From: Pseudomonadales bacterium
Lineage (GTDB): Bacteria > Pseudomonadota > Gammaproteobacteria > Pseudomonadales > Azotimanducaceae
Direction: 5' to 3'
Length of the DNA: 64,000 nt
Assembly (NCBI GenBank): GCA_035494855.1
Contig: DATJGR010000105.1
Coordinates: 445-64,444 of the forward strand
Shown here piece after piece: positions 10,441 to 20,016 of the stretch (positions are counted from its first letter, which is position 1; every line of letters starts with the position of its first letter). Under the pieces are notes generated by a model. The model was not told where the DNA came from. It did not search any database and saw only the letters and a program-made list of their open reading frames with translations. Made by a program: the position numbers and the translations under genes.

Positions 10441-13335
10441 ATGGGCGAGTCCAGGCTTTCCGACGATCCCGCCTCGCTCGCTACACCTGCAGATTGGGGC
10501 ATCTATCGCCGCCTCCTGACTTACGTCGTGCCGATGTGGCCGTACTTCCTGGTCGCTTTGGTCGGATTCGCCCTCGGCAACGGCGCGGAAGCGTATTTCG
10601 CGCGCCTGTTCGGCGACATCGTGGAGGCGTTGGCGAATCCCGGACCAGATGACTGGTTGAAGTTTCCGCTGCTGATGCTGGCCACCGTTCTGGTCCGCGG
10701 TATCGGCGATTTCACCGGCGAATTCCTTCTGTCGCGCGTGTCGTACAGAGTGGTCCACCAGTTGCGAATCCAGCTGTTCGATCAGCTGCTGCGCATGCCG
10801 AGTGCCTATTTCGACCGGAGTGCGAAAGGCCACCTGGTCTCGCGGATCACGTTCAACGTGGCGCAGTTGCGCGACACCGCCACCGATGCGCTCAAGTCGG
10901 TCGTCCAGGATGGATCGAAGGTGGTGGTGCTGCTCGGCGCGATGATCTGGGCCAACTGGCGCCTGACGATGATTTTCCTCGTGATCGCGCCAGTGGTCGC
11001 GATCGTCGTTTCGTATGCGAGCAACCGGTTCCGCAGCATCAGCCGACGCATCCAGAATTCGATGGGCGACGTCACGCACGTCGCTTCCGAAGCGGTAAAC
11101 GGATATCGCGTCGTCCGCACGTTCGGAGGTGAAGCGTACGAGCGCAAGCGATTCGAGAAATCCAGCCGCGCGAACCAGCAGCAGAACCTGAAGATGGTCG
11201 TGACGAAAGCGTGGAGCACGGAAATCATCCAGGTGTTCGTCGCCGGGGCGCTGTCGATGCTGATCGCGTTGCTGTTTCAACCCCGCATCGCGGGGTCGAT
11301 GTCGCCCGGCGACGTGGTCTATTTCGTCGGGTTGGCCGGGTTGCTCGCGCGTCCGATCAAGAAGCTGTCGGAAGTGAATTCGCGACTGCAGCGCGGCCTG
11401 GCGGCGGCGGAAGACATTTTTTCGCAGCTGGATCAGGGGACGGAACCGGACAGCGGCACGTTCACCGTTGCGCGGGCAACCGGGCGCATCGAATTTCGCA
11501 ACGTCTCGTTCGCCTACGAGTCCGGCAGCGGCCCCGTGTTGCACGAAATCGATCTGGTGGTGGAGCCCGGACAACGGGTCGCACTCGTCGGGCGATCCGG
11601 TGCCGGCAAGTCGACCCTGGTGAGCCTGATTCCGCGCTTCTACGACCAGTGCAGCGGCGAGATTCTGCTGGATGGCAGGCCACTCGCGGACTACGACCTG
11701 CAATCGCTGCGCGATCAGATTGCGCTCGTCACGCAACAGGTGGTGCTGTTCAACGACACGCTCGAGCGCAACATCGCCTACGGCAGATTGAGCGATTCGC
11801 CGCCGGACGCGATCTGGAACGCAGTCAGGCGCGCACATGCTGACGGATTCATCGAGGCGCTTCCGGATGGTCTGCAGACTATCGTCGGTGACGACGGCGT
11901 ACTGCTGTCGGGCGGCCAGCGGCAACGCGTGGCGATCGCCCGTGCCCTACTGAAAGACGCGCCGATTCTGATCCTCGACGAAGCGACGTCGTCGCTCGAC
12001 GCGGAATCGGAGCAGTATATTCAGGCGGCGCTCGAGGAGGTGATGCGCGGCCGTACGACCCTGGTCATCGCGCATCGGTTGTCCACCATCGAGCACGCGG
12101 ATCTCATCGTGGTCGTAGACGGTGGCCGCATCGTCGAGCGCGGTAGCCATCGCGAATTGCTCGCGCGCGGTGGAACCTACTCCGAACTCTATTCTTCGCA
12201 GTTCGCCCAACGCCTTCAGTCGGGCGCGCGGCCAATCGCGGCCCCAGGCACGCCACGAGCACCGGCGCCAGGGCCGCAGCTGCGTTCCCTCGCCGTATCT
12301 GCGCCGGCCGCGATGGTTCGCGGCTGGTACGGAGATTCGAACTGGGTACGCCTGCTGGCGCCGTTCGCGCGCCTGTATCAGACCGTGGTGAGACGGCGCC
12401 GCTTCCGATACCTCGCCGGACGCAGCGAACGTTGGCGTGCGCCGGTGCCGGTGATCGTCGTCGGCAACATTACCGTTGGCGGCACGGGCAAGACGCCGTT
12501 CGTCATCTGGCTCTCGCGCTGGCTGACAGCGCGCGGATTTCGTCCGGGCATCGTGTCGCGCGGCTATGGCGGCAAGCGCTCGCCGACTGCGGTGTTCGTA
12601 ACCGAGGACGATGACCCCGACGTGGTCGGCGACGAAGCGCCGCTGTTGGCGCGACGCACGCGCTGCCCCGTGGTAGTTGCCGCCGATCGCGTACAGGCGG
12701 TGCGACGACTCGTCGATGAAACGCCCTGCGATATCGTGATCAGCGACGACGGCTTGCAGCACTATGCGTTGTCGCGCGACGTCGAGATCGTTCTGATCGA
12801 CGGCGAACGCGGCTTCGGTAACGGCCGCAGTCTGCCGGCGGGTCCGTTGCGCGAACCGGTGTCGCGTTTGGGCGAGGTGGACTTCGTCGTCGCCAGCGGC
12901 TGTGCGTCGGGAAGCAGCGATCGAGAGTGGGTGATGGAAGTTTTGCCGCGCGCATTCGTGAATCTGCGCAGCGGCGAACGCGTTCAAGCCGCCGATTTTC
13001 GCGCGACCCGCGTGCACGCAATCGCGGGGATCGGCAATCCCGAACGGTTCTTCGGTACGCTGCGAAAACTCGGCCTCGGAGGCGACTTCATCGCGCTCGA
13101 CGATCACCACCGATTCTCGCCCGGCGATCTCGCTTTCGACGACGACGCGCCGGTGGTGATGACGGAGAAGGACGCAATCAAGGTAACGTGGATGACTCAG
13201 GACGACCTGCCCGCGCAGTGCTGGTACCTCGAAATCGACGTGGCGTTGAGCGAGCGCGCGGAGACCACACTGGCAGAGTGTCTGACGGCACGTGGCATCG
13301 TCGCCGAGCGTTCGCGATTGACGGAGGCGCGATAG
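10441..13335 (+). CDS. msbA/lpxK: Fused lipid A flippase MsbA / tetraacyldisaccharide 4'-kinase LpxK (single 964-codon frame)
   Basis: Residues 1 to about 590 form an ABC exporter (GRSGAGKSTL, LSGGQRQRVAIARA, ILILDEATSSLD). A Pro/Ala-rich linker follows. From M625 (ATG 12313) there is a complete LpxK (WRAPVPVIVVGNITVGGTGKTPFVIWL...VSRGYGG). No stop separates the two parts. Confidence 0.85.
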   Translation: MGESRLSDDPASLATPADWGIYRRLLTYVVPMWPYFLVALVGFALGNGAEAYFARLFGDIVEALANPGPDDWLKFPLLMLATVLVRGIGDFTGEFLLSRVSYRVVHQLRIQLFDQLLRMPSAYFDRSAKGHLVSRITFNVAQLRDTATDALKSVVQDGSKVVVLLGAMIWANWRLTMIFLVIAPVVAIVVSYASNRFRSISRRIQNSMGDVTHVASEAVNGYRVVRTFGGEAYERKRFEKSSRANQQQNLKMVVTKAWSTEIIQVFVAGALSMLIALLFQPRIAGSMSPGDVVYFVGLAGLLARPIKKLSEVNSRLQRGLAAAEDIFSQLDQGTEPDSGTFTVARATGRIEFRNVSFAYESGSGPVLHEIDLVVEPGQRVALVGRSGAGKSTLVSLIPRFYDQCSGEILLDGRPLADYDLQSLRDQIALVTQQVVLFNDTLERNIAYGRLSDSPPDAIWNAVRRAHADGFIEALPDGLQTIVGDDGVLLSGGQRQRVAIARALLKDAPILILDEATSSLDAESEQYIQAALEEVMRGRTTLVIAHRLSTIEHADLIVVVDGGRIVERGSHRELLARGGTYSELYSSQFAQRLQSGARPIAAPGTPRAPAPGPQLRSLAVSAPAAMVRGWYGDSNWVRLLAPFARLYQTVVRRRRFRYLAGRSERWRAPVPVIVVGNITVGGTGKTPFVIWLSRWLTARGFRPGIVSRGYGGKRSPTAVFVTEDDDPDVVGDEAPLLARRTRCPVVVAADRVQAVRRLVDETPCDIVISDDGLQHYALSRDVEIVLIDGERGFGNGRSLPAGPLREPVSRLGEVDFVVASGCASGSSDREWVMEVLPRAFVNLRSGERVQAADFRATRVHAIAGIGNPERFFGTLRKLGLGGDFIALDDHHRFSPGDLAFDDDAPVVMTEKDAIKVTWMTQDDLPAQCWYLEIDVALSERAETTLAECLTARGIVAERSRLTEAR

Positions 13336-13338
13336 ACG

Positions 13339-14112
13339 ATGGACCCCATCTTCTCGGTCGTCATTCCGGCACGGTTCGCGTCGACGCGGCTGCCCGGCAA
13401 ACCGCTCGCGGACATCGACGGATTGCCGATGATCGTCCGCGTCGCGCGCCAGGCGGTATCGAGCGGCGCGCGCGACGTCGTCGTAGCCACCGATGACGCG
13501 CGCGTACAACGCGCCGTCACCGATCACGGGCACGATGCCGTGCTGACGCGTGCCGATCACCAGTCGGGATCCGACCGCGTGATGGAGGTGGTCACCGCAA
13601 AGGGCTGGCCGGACGGCCACATCGTGATCAACGTGCAGGGTGACGAACCGTTGATCCCGCCGTCTGTGATACGTCAGGTTGCGCAGTTGTTGCGCGACGC
13701 CCCGGACGTACTGATTGCGACGCTATGTGAAGCGATCGACGACGCGGAACGCCTTTTCGATCCGAACGTCGTCAAAGTGGTGCGCGATGTAGCGGGCCGA
13801 GCGCGCTACTTCTCGCGCGCGCCGATCCCATGGCGCCGCGACGACTTTGCGAAACCGTCGCGCGGCCAACTTTCGCTCAGGCAACGCGCGTGGTGGCGGC
13901 ACATCGGGATCTACGGTTATCGCGTGGAGGGACTTTCCCGTTTCTGCGCGCTTCCGGCCGGCGTGCTGGAGCAGATCGAGTCGCTCGAGCAGTTGCGGTT
14001 GCTGGAAAACGCGATCGAAATCGCTGTAGGTGAGGCGGTGGCCGAAGTACCGGGTGGGGTAGACACTCCCGCCGATCTCGAGCGCGTTCGTGCGTTATTG
14101 GCGGCTCGATGA
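13339..14112 (+). CDS. kdsB: 3-deoxy-manno-octulosonate cytidylyltransferase (CMP-Kdo synthetase)
   Basis: VVIPARFASTRLPGKPLADIDGLPMIVRV ... NVQGDEPLIPP ... LEQLRLLENA. Confidence 0.93.
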   Translation: MDPIFSVVIPARFASTRLPGKPLADIDGLPMIVRVARQAVSSGARDVVVATDDARVQRAVTDHGHDAVLTRADHQSGSDRVMEVVTAKGWPDGHIVINVQGDEPLIPPSVIRQVAQLLRDAPDVLIATLCEAIDDAERLFDPNVVKVVRDVAGRARYFSRAPIPWRRDDFAKPSRGQLSLRQRAWWRHIGIYGYRVEGLSRFCALPAGVLEQIESLEQLRLLENAIEIAVGEAVAEVPGGVDTPADLERVRALLAAR

Positions 14113-14729
14113 TCGACTCGGTTGCGCAAACACCCCCGAGTGAACTCGTTGGCCAATACCGGTTGCCGGCGTGCGGCGACGTGCTGTACTTCCCGGAGTT
14201 TGTCGACAACGCGGCTGACATCGAACGCGCTCTGGCCGCGGACATCGAGTGGCGCGAGGAATCGCTGTTGATCTTCGGACGCCGCGTCAAAGTTCCGCGC
14301 CTGTGCGCGTGGTACGGCGACGTCGGCGTCGCCTACCAATATTCACATACCGTGCATCGCGCCGAACCATGGCCGCCCATAGTCGGGAGCCTGCGCGACG
14401 CGCTGCACGAACGCTTGGCAATCCGCTTCAACTTCGTGCTCGCCAACCTGTACCGCGACGGCAACGACGCGCTGGGATGGCACGCCGACAACGAGCGTGA
14501 CCTCGGGCCTTTTCCGTGCATCGCTTCGTTGAGCTTCGGAGCTTCGCGTCGCTTTTGCATGCGTCAGCGCACGGAAGACCGCCGCGCTTCGATCATGCTG
14601 GAATCCGGTTCGTTGCTGCTGATGTGGGGAACCTCGCAGCGCGACTGGCAACACTCCGTGCCGCGCTCGCGTGGCGTAGGCGAACCGAGAATCAACCTCA
14701 CGTTCCGATCGGTGGAGACTGCGCCGTAG
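14109..14729 (+). CDS. alkB: AlkB-family Fe(II)/2-oxoglutarate-dependent dioxygenase
   Basis: The HxD motif (GWHADNE), a distal His (WQHSVP) and RINLTFR are present. The gene overlaps the kdsB stop (ATGA) and the murB start (TAGTG). Confidence 0.8.
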   Translation: MIDSVAQTPPSELVGQYRLPACGDVLYFPEFVDNAADIERALAADIEWREESLLIFGRRVKVPRLCAWYGDVGVAYQYSHTVHRAEPWPPIVGSLRDALHERLAIRFNFVLANLYRDGNDALGWHADNERDLGPFPCIASLSFGASRRFCMRQRTEDRRASIMLESGSLLLMWGTSQRDWQHSVPRSRGVGEPRINLTFRSVETAP

Positions 14730-15631
14730 TGTTGCGCAGCGACGTGGAGTTGCAGGCCTTCAATACGCTGCGTCTGCCGTCGCGTGCGCAGTTCTTCGCG
14801 TGCCCTGATTCGGAAACCGAGGTCCGCGCGGCAATTGCGGACGCAGCAACCAGAGGACTCGCGGTAACGATCCTCGGTGGTGGCAGCAACGTCGTGCTAC
14901 GCGCGCACGTTCCAGGTTGCGTGATCATGCCGCGTCTTCGTCACATCCGCGTCGAAGCGGACGCTGACGCCTTCAGAGTCGTCGCCGGCGCTGGAATCGT
15001 GTGGCACGAGCTGGTGCGGTTCTGCCTTGGGCAAGGCATCAGCGGACTCGAGAATCTGGCACTGATCCCGGGCTGCGTCGGCGCAGCACCGATTCAGAAC
15101 ATCGGCGCATACGGCTTGGAACTCGCCGAACGGTTCGCCTCGCTAACGGCTATATCGTGTCGCGATGGAACCACCGTTACGATGGACGCGCGGCAATGCG
15201 GCTTCGGGTATCGCGATAGCGTGTTCAAGCGCCTCCCGCCTGGCAGCGTTCTCATCACCTCGGTGACGTTGCGTCTGCCGCTGCGCGTCCAGGCGAGAAC
15301 AGAGTACCCCGACGTCCGCCGCGAACTCGACGCGATGGGCGTTCGTGGCAGCGGCGTGGCCGTCGCTGAGGCTGTCACGCGCGTTCGCCGACGCAAGCTC
15401 CCGGACGTGCGACGGACGCCGAACGCGGGCAGTTTCTTCAAGAACCCGATACTCGACGTCGATGCGGTGGACCGATTGCGCGCACAAATCGGCGACGTGC
15501 CGACGTATCCGGATGCGAACGGCATCAAGGTGGCTGCGGCGCGCCTGATCGATGCAGCAGGTTGGAAGGGGCGACACATCGGTCCGGCAGGGGTGTGGTC
15601 CCGTCAGCCACTGGTCCTGACGAACCGGTGA
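14729..15631 (+). CDS. murB: UDP-N-acetylenolpyruvoylglucosamine reductase MurB, ending at a premature in-frame TGA
   Basis: The GTG start overlaps the alkB stop. The FAD-binding motif GGGSNVV and the catalytic-Ser context NAGSFFKNP are present. The frame ends ...RQPLVLTNR-TGA. Confidence 0.85.
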   Translation: MLRSDVELQAFNTLRLPSRAQFFACPDSETEVRAAIADAATRGLAVTILGGGSNVVLRAHVPGCVIMPRLRHIRVEADADAFRVVAGAGIVWHELVRFCLGQGISGLENLALIPGCVGAAPIQNIGAYGLELAERFASLTAISCRDGTTVTMDARQCGFGYRDSVFKRLPPGSVLITSVTLRLPLRVQARTEYPDVRRELDAMGVRGSGVAVAEAVTRVRRRKLPDVRRTPNAGSFFKNPILDVDAVDRLRAQIGDVPTYPDANGIKVAAARLIDAAGWKGRHIGPAGVWSRQPLVLTNR

Positions 15632-15745
15632 GGTGCGCGCGCCGTCGACGTGTTGCGTCTGGCGCGCGCTATTCAGGAGGACATCGCCGGTCGCTACGGC
15701 GTGGCGCTGGAAATCGAGCCGGCGATCATCGGATTCGACGAATGA
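15632..15745 (+). other. murB: In-frame continuation encoding the missing MurB C-terminus (37 codons)
   Basis: In the same frame, directly after the TGA, the sequence reads GARAVDVLRLARAIQEDIAGRYGVALEIEPAIIGFDE-stop. This matches the usual MurB tail (N-x-G-G-A ... LEPE). Confidence 0.8.
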
Positions 15746-15774
15746 GCCGGCGGCCACGCCGCCGGCCCAACGGG

Positions 15775-18495
15775 TCATTCCGGACTGCGTTCTCCGATTA
15801 CGCCTTCCTGGCGCAGGCGCGCTTCGCGCTCCCGCTTGCGCACCTCACGCGGGTCGTTTGCGGCCCGGCCGGCAGGGCGCTCGGGTTCCTGCTTCACTGC
15901 CTCCGCCGCCGCTTCGATCGGCGACAGGACGACGACCGCGGGCGCGGCCTTCGGACGCGGCGCATCAGATACCGGCTGCATGGCTGCCAGCGGCTCGACG
16001 CCTTCGAAGGACGGTGCGGGTTCGACGATGTCTACCGGCGCATCGGCTTCGACGAACTCGGCGGTGACCGATAGGGGCGCCGCGGCGGCGACAGCCTCCT
16101 CGACGGGCTCGGCGCTCGGCACAGGACGACGCTCGTCGCCTTGGTTGCGGGCAACCGACGCGCGATCGCGCCGCGGACGCCGCTTGCTCTGCTCGAGATC
16201 CGTGGGTGTGCGGTCCTCGTCGATGTCGCGCGTCCGGCCTTCCGCGCGTGCGCCGTCGTTAGGATGACGCTCGCGCCGTGGTTCCCGCTGTTCTCGGACC
16301 GGCTCCGTTGCTTCTACTGCCTCCGCGACCTCAGCGTCTTCTCGCGGGGGACGCGGCCGGCGCTCGGCGTTGTCGTCGCGGCCGCGCCGACCTCGTTCGC
16401 GATTCGGACGATCCCCCCTGTCCCCGGACGAGCGCTCGGAAGCGGACTCCTCACCGTCACGACCACCGCGACGACCGCGCGCACCATTGCGCGGGGCACC
16501 GCCATCGCGGGACGCATCGCTTGCGCGCGGAGGCGCACTGCCTTCGCCGCCGACGGTGATCGTCTCCTGCAAACGTTCAGCGCGGTCGCCGGAGCGCGGA
16601 CCCGAACGCGAACGTCCACCGCGACCGCGTCTCGCCCTGTCTGCCGATCGTGGACCGCCGGAACGTGAGTCGTCGGAGCGTTGCGCGTCGCCGCGGGTCT
16701 CGCTGCGGTTGTCACGCGACGCGGAGTCCGCGGAAGCAGGTGTGCGCGGCGGTGCGGCCTCGGTGGCCGCTTCCTTCTTGAAGATCGAGCCGAATATTCG
16801 GCTCAGCAGGCCTGATTGCTGCGCGGCGAGCGCCGTCGGTTGTGGCGCCGCTGCCGTCGCGACGGGCACAGCGGGCATCGGTTGTGGCGGCGGCGGTGCG
16901 GCGGGACGCACCACCGCTTCCTGCGGGCGAGCGGCGCGCGCCGGCTCCGGCTGTCGCGCTTCGATTTCGTCTGCGAGCGGCGTGTCCGCAAGCTCGTAGC
17001 TGGCGACGCCTGCTTCTGCCTCGGCCAGATCGTCGCGTATACGCTGCACTTCGTAATGCGGCGTTTCGAGTCGATCGGTCGGCACGATGACGAGATGCGT
17101 GTTGGTGCGACGCTCGACCTCCGCGACGTCGCGACGTTTCTCGTTGAGCAGGTACGAACCGACGCTGAGCGGCACGATTGCGCGCACGATCGAGCTGCGT
17201 TCCTTCAGAGCTTCTTCTTCCATCACGCGCAGAATGCCGAGCGCAAGTGAACGCACGTCGCGGATGCGACCCTGACCGCTGCAACGCGGGCACAGTTCGG
17301 TGGTGATCTCTTCGAGCGACGGGCGCAACCGCTGGCGCGACATTTCCATCAACCCGAATCGTGAAATGCGACCGACCTGCACGCGCGCGCGATCGGTTTC
17401 CAGCACTTCGCGCATCCGGTTCTCCACGGCGCGCTGATTCTTCACGCTGGCCATGTCGATGAAGTCGATGACAATCAGGCCGCCGACATCGCGAAGGCGC
17501 AGCTGACGGGCGACCTCTTCCGCGGCTTCGAGGTTCGTATTGAGCGCCGTCTCTTCGATGTCGGCGCCTTTAGTCGCGCGCGCCGAGTTGATGTCGATCG
17601 AAACGAGCGCTTCGGTCGGGTCGATGACCAGGCTGCCGCCCGACGGTAGGCGCACGGCGCGCTGGAATGCCGATTCGATCTGCGACTCGATCTGGTAACG
17701 CGAGAACAACGGAATGTTGTCGCTGTAGAACTTGATCCGGTCCTTGAAGTTCGGCATCACCTGATCGATGAACGCGTGGGCTTCGTCGTAAGCCTCGCGC
17801 TGGTCGATCAATACTTCGCCGATATCGGTGCGCAGGTTGTCGCGAATCGCGCGCAGGATGACGTTGTTTTCCTGATACAGCAGCGCCGGCGCCTTTTCCT
17901 GGTCGGCTGCTTTCTGGATTGCGCTCCAGAGTTCCACGAGATAGTCGCAGTCGGACTGCAATTCTTCGGAGCTCCGGCCGATGCCGGCGGTGCGTACGAT
18001 CACGCCCATGCCTTCCGGCAGGTTCAGTTGCGACAACGCGTCGCGCAGCAGATCGCGGTCGTCGCCTTCGATGCGCCGCGAGATGCCGCCAGCGCGCGGA
18101 TTGTTCGGCATCAGTACGAGGTAGCGACCGGCGAGGCTGATGAAGGTCGACAGCGCCGCACCTTTGGTACCGCGTTCTTCCTTGTCGACCTGCACGATCA
18201 TCTCCTGACCCTCTTCGATCAGGTCCTGGATGCTGCGTTTGCCTTCGGCGCCCTTTTTGGTGAAGTACGTCCGGGAGATTTCTTTGAGGGGCAGGAAGCC
18301 GTGCCGCTCCGAACCGAACTCTACGAACGCGGCCTCGAGGCTCGGTTCGACGCGCGTGATGCGCGCTTTGTAGATGGAGGATTTCTTCTGTTCGCGGCCG
18401 CGGTTTTCGATGTCGAGGTCATAGATCCGCTGACCGTCGACGAGCGCAACCCGGACCTCTTCGGCCTGGGTCGCATTGATGAGCATTCTTTTCAT
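15775..18495 (-). CDS. rne: Ribonuclease E
   Basis: The start is [30 protein letters not shown]. The S1 and catalytic domains are conserved. A long Arg/Pro/Glu/Asp-rich low-complexity C-terminal scaffold follows. Confidence 0.95.
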   Translation of the reverse strand: MKRMLINATQAEEVRVALVDGQRIYDLDIENRGREQKKSSIYKARITRVEPSLEAAFVEFGSERHGFLPLKEISRTYFTKKGAEGKRSIQDLIEEGQEMIVQVDKEERGTKGAALSTFISLAGRYLVLMPNNPRAGGISRRIEGDDRDLLRDALSQLNLPEGMGVIVRTAGIGRSSEELQSDCDYLVELWSAIQKAADQEKAPALLYQENNVILRAIRDNLRTDIGEVLIDQREAYDEAHAFIDQVMPNFKDRIKFYSDNIPLFSRYQIESQIESAFQRAVRLPSGGSLVIDPTEALVSIDINSARATKGADIEETALNTNLEAAEEVARQLRLRDVGGLIVIDFIDMASVKNQRAVENRMREVLETDRARVQVGRISRFGLMEMSRQRLRPSLEEITTELCPRCSGQGRIRDVRSLALGILRVMEEEALKERSSIVRAIVPLSVGSYLLNEKRRDVAEVERRTNTHLVIVPTDRLETPHYEVQRIRDDLAEAEAGVASYELADTPLADEIEARQPEPARAARPQEAVVRPAAPPPPQPMPAVPVATAAAPQPTALAAQQSGLLSRIFGSIFKKEAATEAAPPRTPASADSASRDNRSETRGDAQRSDDSRSGGPRSADRARRGRGGRSRSGPRSGDRAERLQETITVGGEGSAPPRASDASRDGGAPRNGARGRRGGRDGEESASERSSGDRGDRPNRERGRRGRDDNAERRPRPPREDAEVAEAVEATEPVREQREPRRERHPNDGARAEGRTRDIDEDRTPTDLEQSKRRPRRDRASVARNQGDERRPVPSAEPVEEAVAAAAPLSVTAEFVEADAPVDIVEPAPSFEGVEPLAAMQPVSDAPRPKAAPAVVVLSPIEAAAEAVKQEPERPAGRAANDPREVRKREREARLRQEGVIGERSPE

Positions 18496-18978
18496 GTCGT
18501 TCGTTCCATTGTTGGGCCGTAGCACCACAACGGGACGTTGACGTTCGGAAAGCAGGCCACGCAGCGCCAAACGCTGCGGGGTTTCAGTTCAGATGATGTG
18601 GAGCGAATCGAGACGGCGAGTGAATTGCTGCGTCTTCTTGATGCTCGAGGGTCTGAGCTATCGCTGTACTGATACTGATCCGCTCCGTATTTTGGCGGAG
18701 CCCCTTCTTGTTGCAACGGTATGCGTCGATGATGAATGTCGACGCAGTCGATGTTCTTTCCTCTCGTCAACGCACTTATTGTCGATGTTCGGCGCGTTGT
18801 CGTGGCGGGGACAGATCGCTGTCAATTGTCTCCGCATGATGCAGAATGCCGGGCTGAACCTTGGGCATGCCGCGTCAAACCGTGTTTTGCCGCCTCTCCG
18901 CTGCACACAGGCACCGGGTGGCAAAGCGGACGGAATATAGCAGCGCCTTCTAAGTACATCAATCGCCAAGGAAAGCAT
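18496..18978 (-). promoter_or_regulatory. Long rne leader and divergent rne/rluC control region
   Basis: About 480 nt of non-coding, lower-GC sequence with several local hairpins lies upstream of rne. Long autoregulatory 5' UTRs are known for rne in other gammaproteobacteria. The boundaries were not mapped. Confidence 0.4.
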
Positions 18979-19950
18979 TTGCCGGATCCCACTGCAGAAC
19001 GCGCACGCGGTGTCCGCCACGTTCAGATCGGCGAGGCCGCCGGGCAGCGTATCGACAACTATCTGCTCGGCGAGCTCGGCGGTGTGCCACGCAGCCGCGT
19101 TTACGGAATGCTCAGAAAAGGTGAGGTCCGGATCAACGGGGGCCGCGTCAAACCGGACTATCGTCTGAGCGCGGGCGATGTGGTGCGAATTCCGCCGTGG
19201 CACGGTCCTGCGGCTGGAGAGCCGACATTGCCGAGCCGCGGTGTGCTCGAACGCCTCGCGAGTCGCATCATTTACCAGGATGCCAACCTGATCGTGATCG
19301 ACAAGCCCGCCGGGACTGCGGTGCACGGTGGCAGCGGCATCGAACACGGGATTATCGAAGCCTTCCGCGCGCTGCTCCCGGAAGAGCGCAACCTCGAACT
19401 GGTGCATCGGCTCGATCGCGATACGTCCGGTTGCCTGCTGCTCGCCAAACACCGCGCGGCGCTGCTCGAACTGCACGCGGCATTCCGCGACGGTACCGTT
19501 GCAAAGACCTACGACGTACTCGTTCACGGCACGTGGCCGCGCAAGCTCCGCACGGTGCGCGCGCATCTCGAGAAGTACGTTACGCGGTCCGGCGAGAGGC
19601 GCGTGCGCGTGGTTCCCGAGGGAAAACCGTCACGGACCGAATTCTCGCTCGTGGAAACGGCGAACTCAGCGTCATGGTTGAAAGCGCACCCGCATACCGG
19701 ACGCACTCACCAGATTCGCGTGCATTGCCACGTGTCCGATCACCCTGTGGTGGGCGACGAAAAGTACGCGTCGGAACAGCAGGTGGCCGAATCGCGCGCG
19801 ATGGGCATCGAGCGTCTGTGCCTGCACGCGAGCGCTGTGTCCATTCCCATCGGCGGCGGCATGCGACGCTTCGAGGCGCCGCTGCCGGAAGATTTCGCGG
19901 CGGCGTGGCGTCTGCTGAAGGCTGCGAATAATGCCAACGATTCCCGATAG
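18979..19950 (+). CDS. rluC: 23S rRNA pseudouridine synthase RluC (RluA family)
   Basis: An S4 domain (GQRIDNYLLGELGGVPRSRVYGMLRKGEVRING) and a catalytic HRLDRDTSG motif are present. I propose the start at TTG 18979, preceded by AAGGA. The start is uncertain. The track ORF from 18736 covers the rne leader. Confidence 0.85.
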   Translation: MPDPTAERARGVRHVQIGEAAGQRIDNYLLGELGGVPRSRVYGMLRKGEVRINGGRVKPDYRLSAGDVVRIPPWHGPAAGEPTLPSRGVLERLASRIIYQDANLIVIDKPAGTAVHGGSGIEHGIIEAFRALLPEERNLELVHRLDRDTSGCLLLAKHRAALLELHAAFRDGTVAKTYDVLVHGTWPRKLRTVRAHLEKYVTRSGERRVRVVPEGKPSRTEFSLVETANSASWLKAHPHTGRTHQIRVHCHVSDHPVVGDEKYASEQQVAESRAMGIERLCLHASAVSIPIGGGMRRFEAPLPEDFAAAWRLLKAANNANDSR

Positions 19951-19979
19951 TTAGGGTTCGTCGATTCGCGCGATTTGTT

Positions 19980-20008
19980 TTGACACCTCAAAATCACGTC
20001 CCTATGAT
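19980..20008 (+). promoter_or_regulatory. Near-consensus sigma-70 promoter for yceD-rpmF
   Basis: TTGACA (19980-19985), a 17-nt spacer and TATGAT (20003-20008). The yceD ATG is only 9 nt downstream of the -10. Confidence 0.5.
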
Positions 20009-20016
20009 GCGCGCCT

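Noticed and set aside
15629-15631. The murB in-frame TGA as a selenocysteine or other programmed recoding site.
   Set aside because: The position corresponds to a conserved Gly in MurB proteins. No SECIS-like hairpin is evident immediately downstream, and MurB is not a known selenoprotein. A point error or point mutation is more parsimonious. The site is still reported as a finding.
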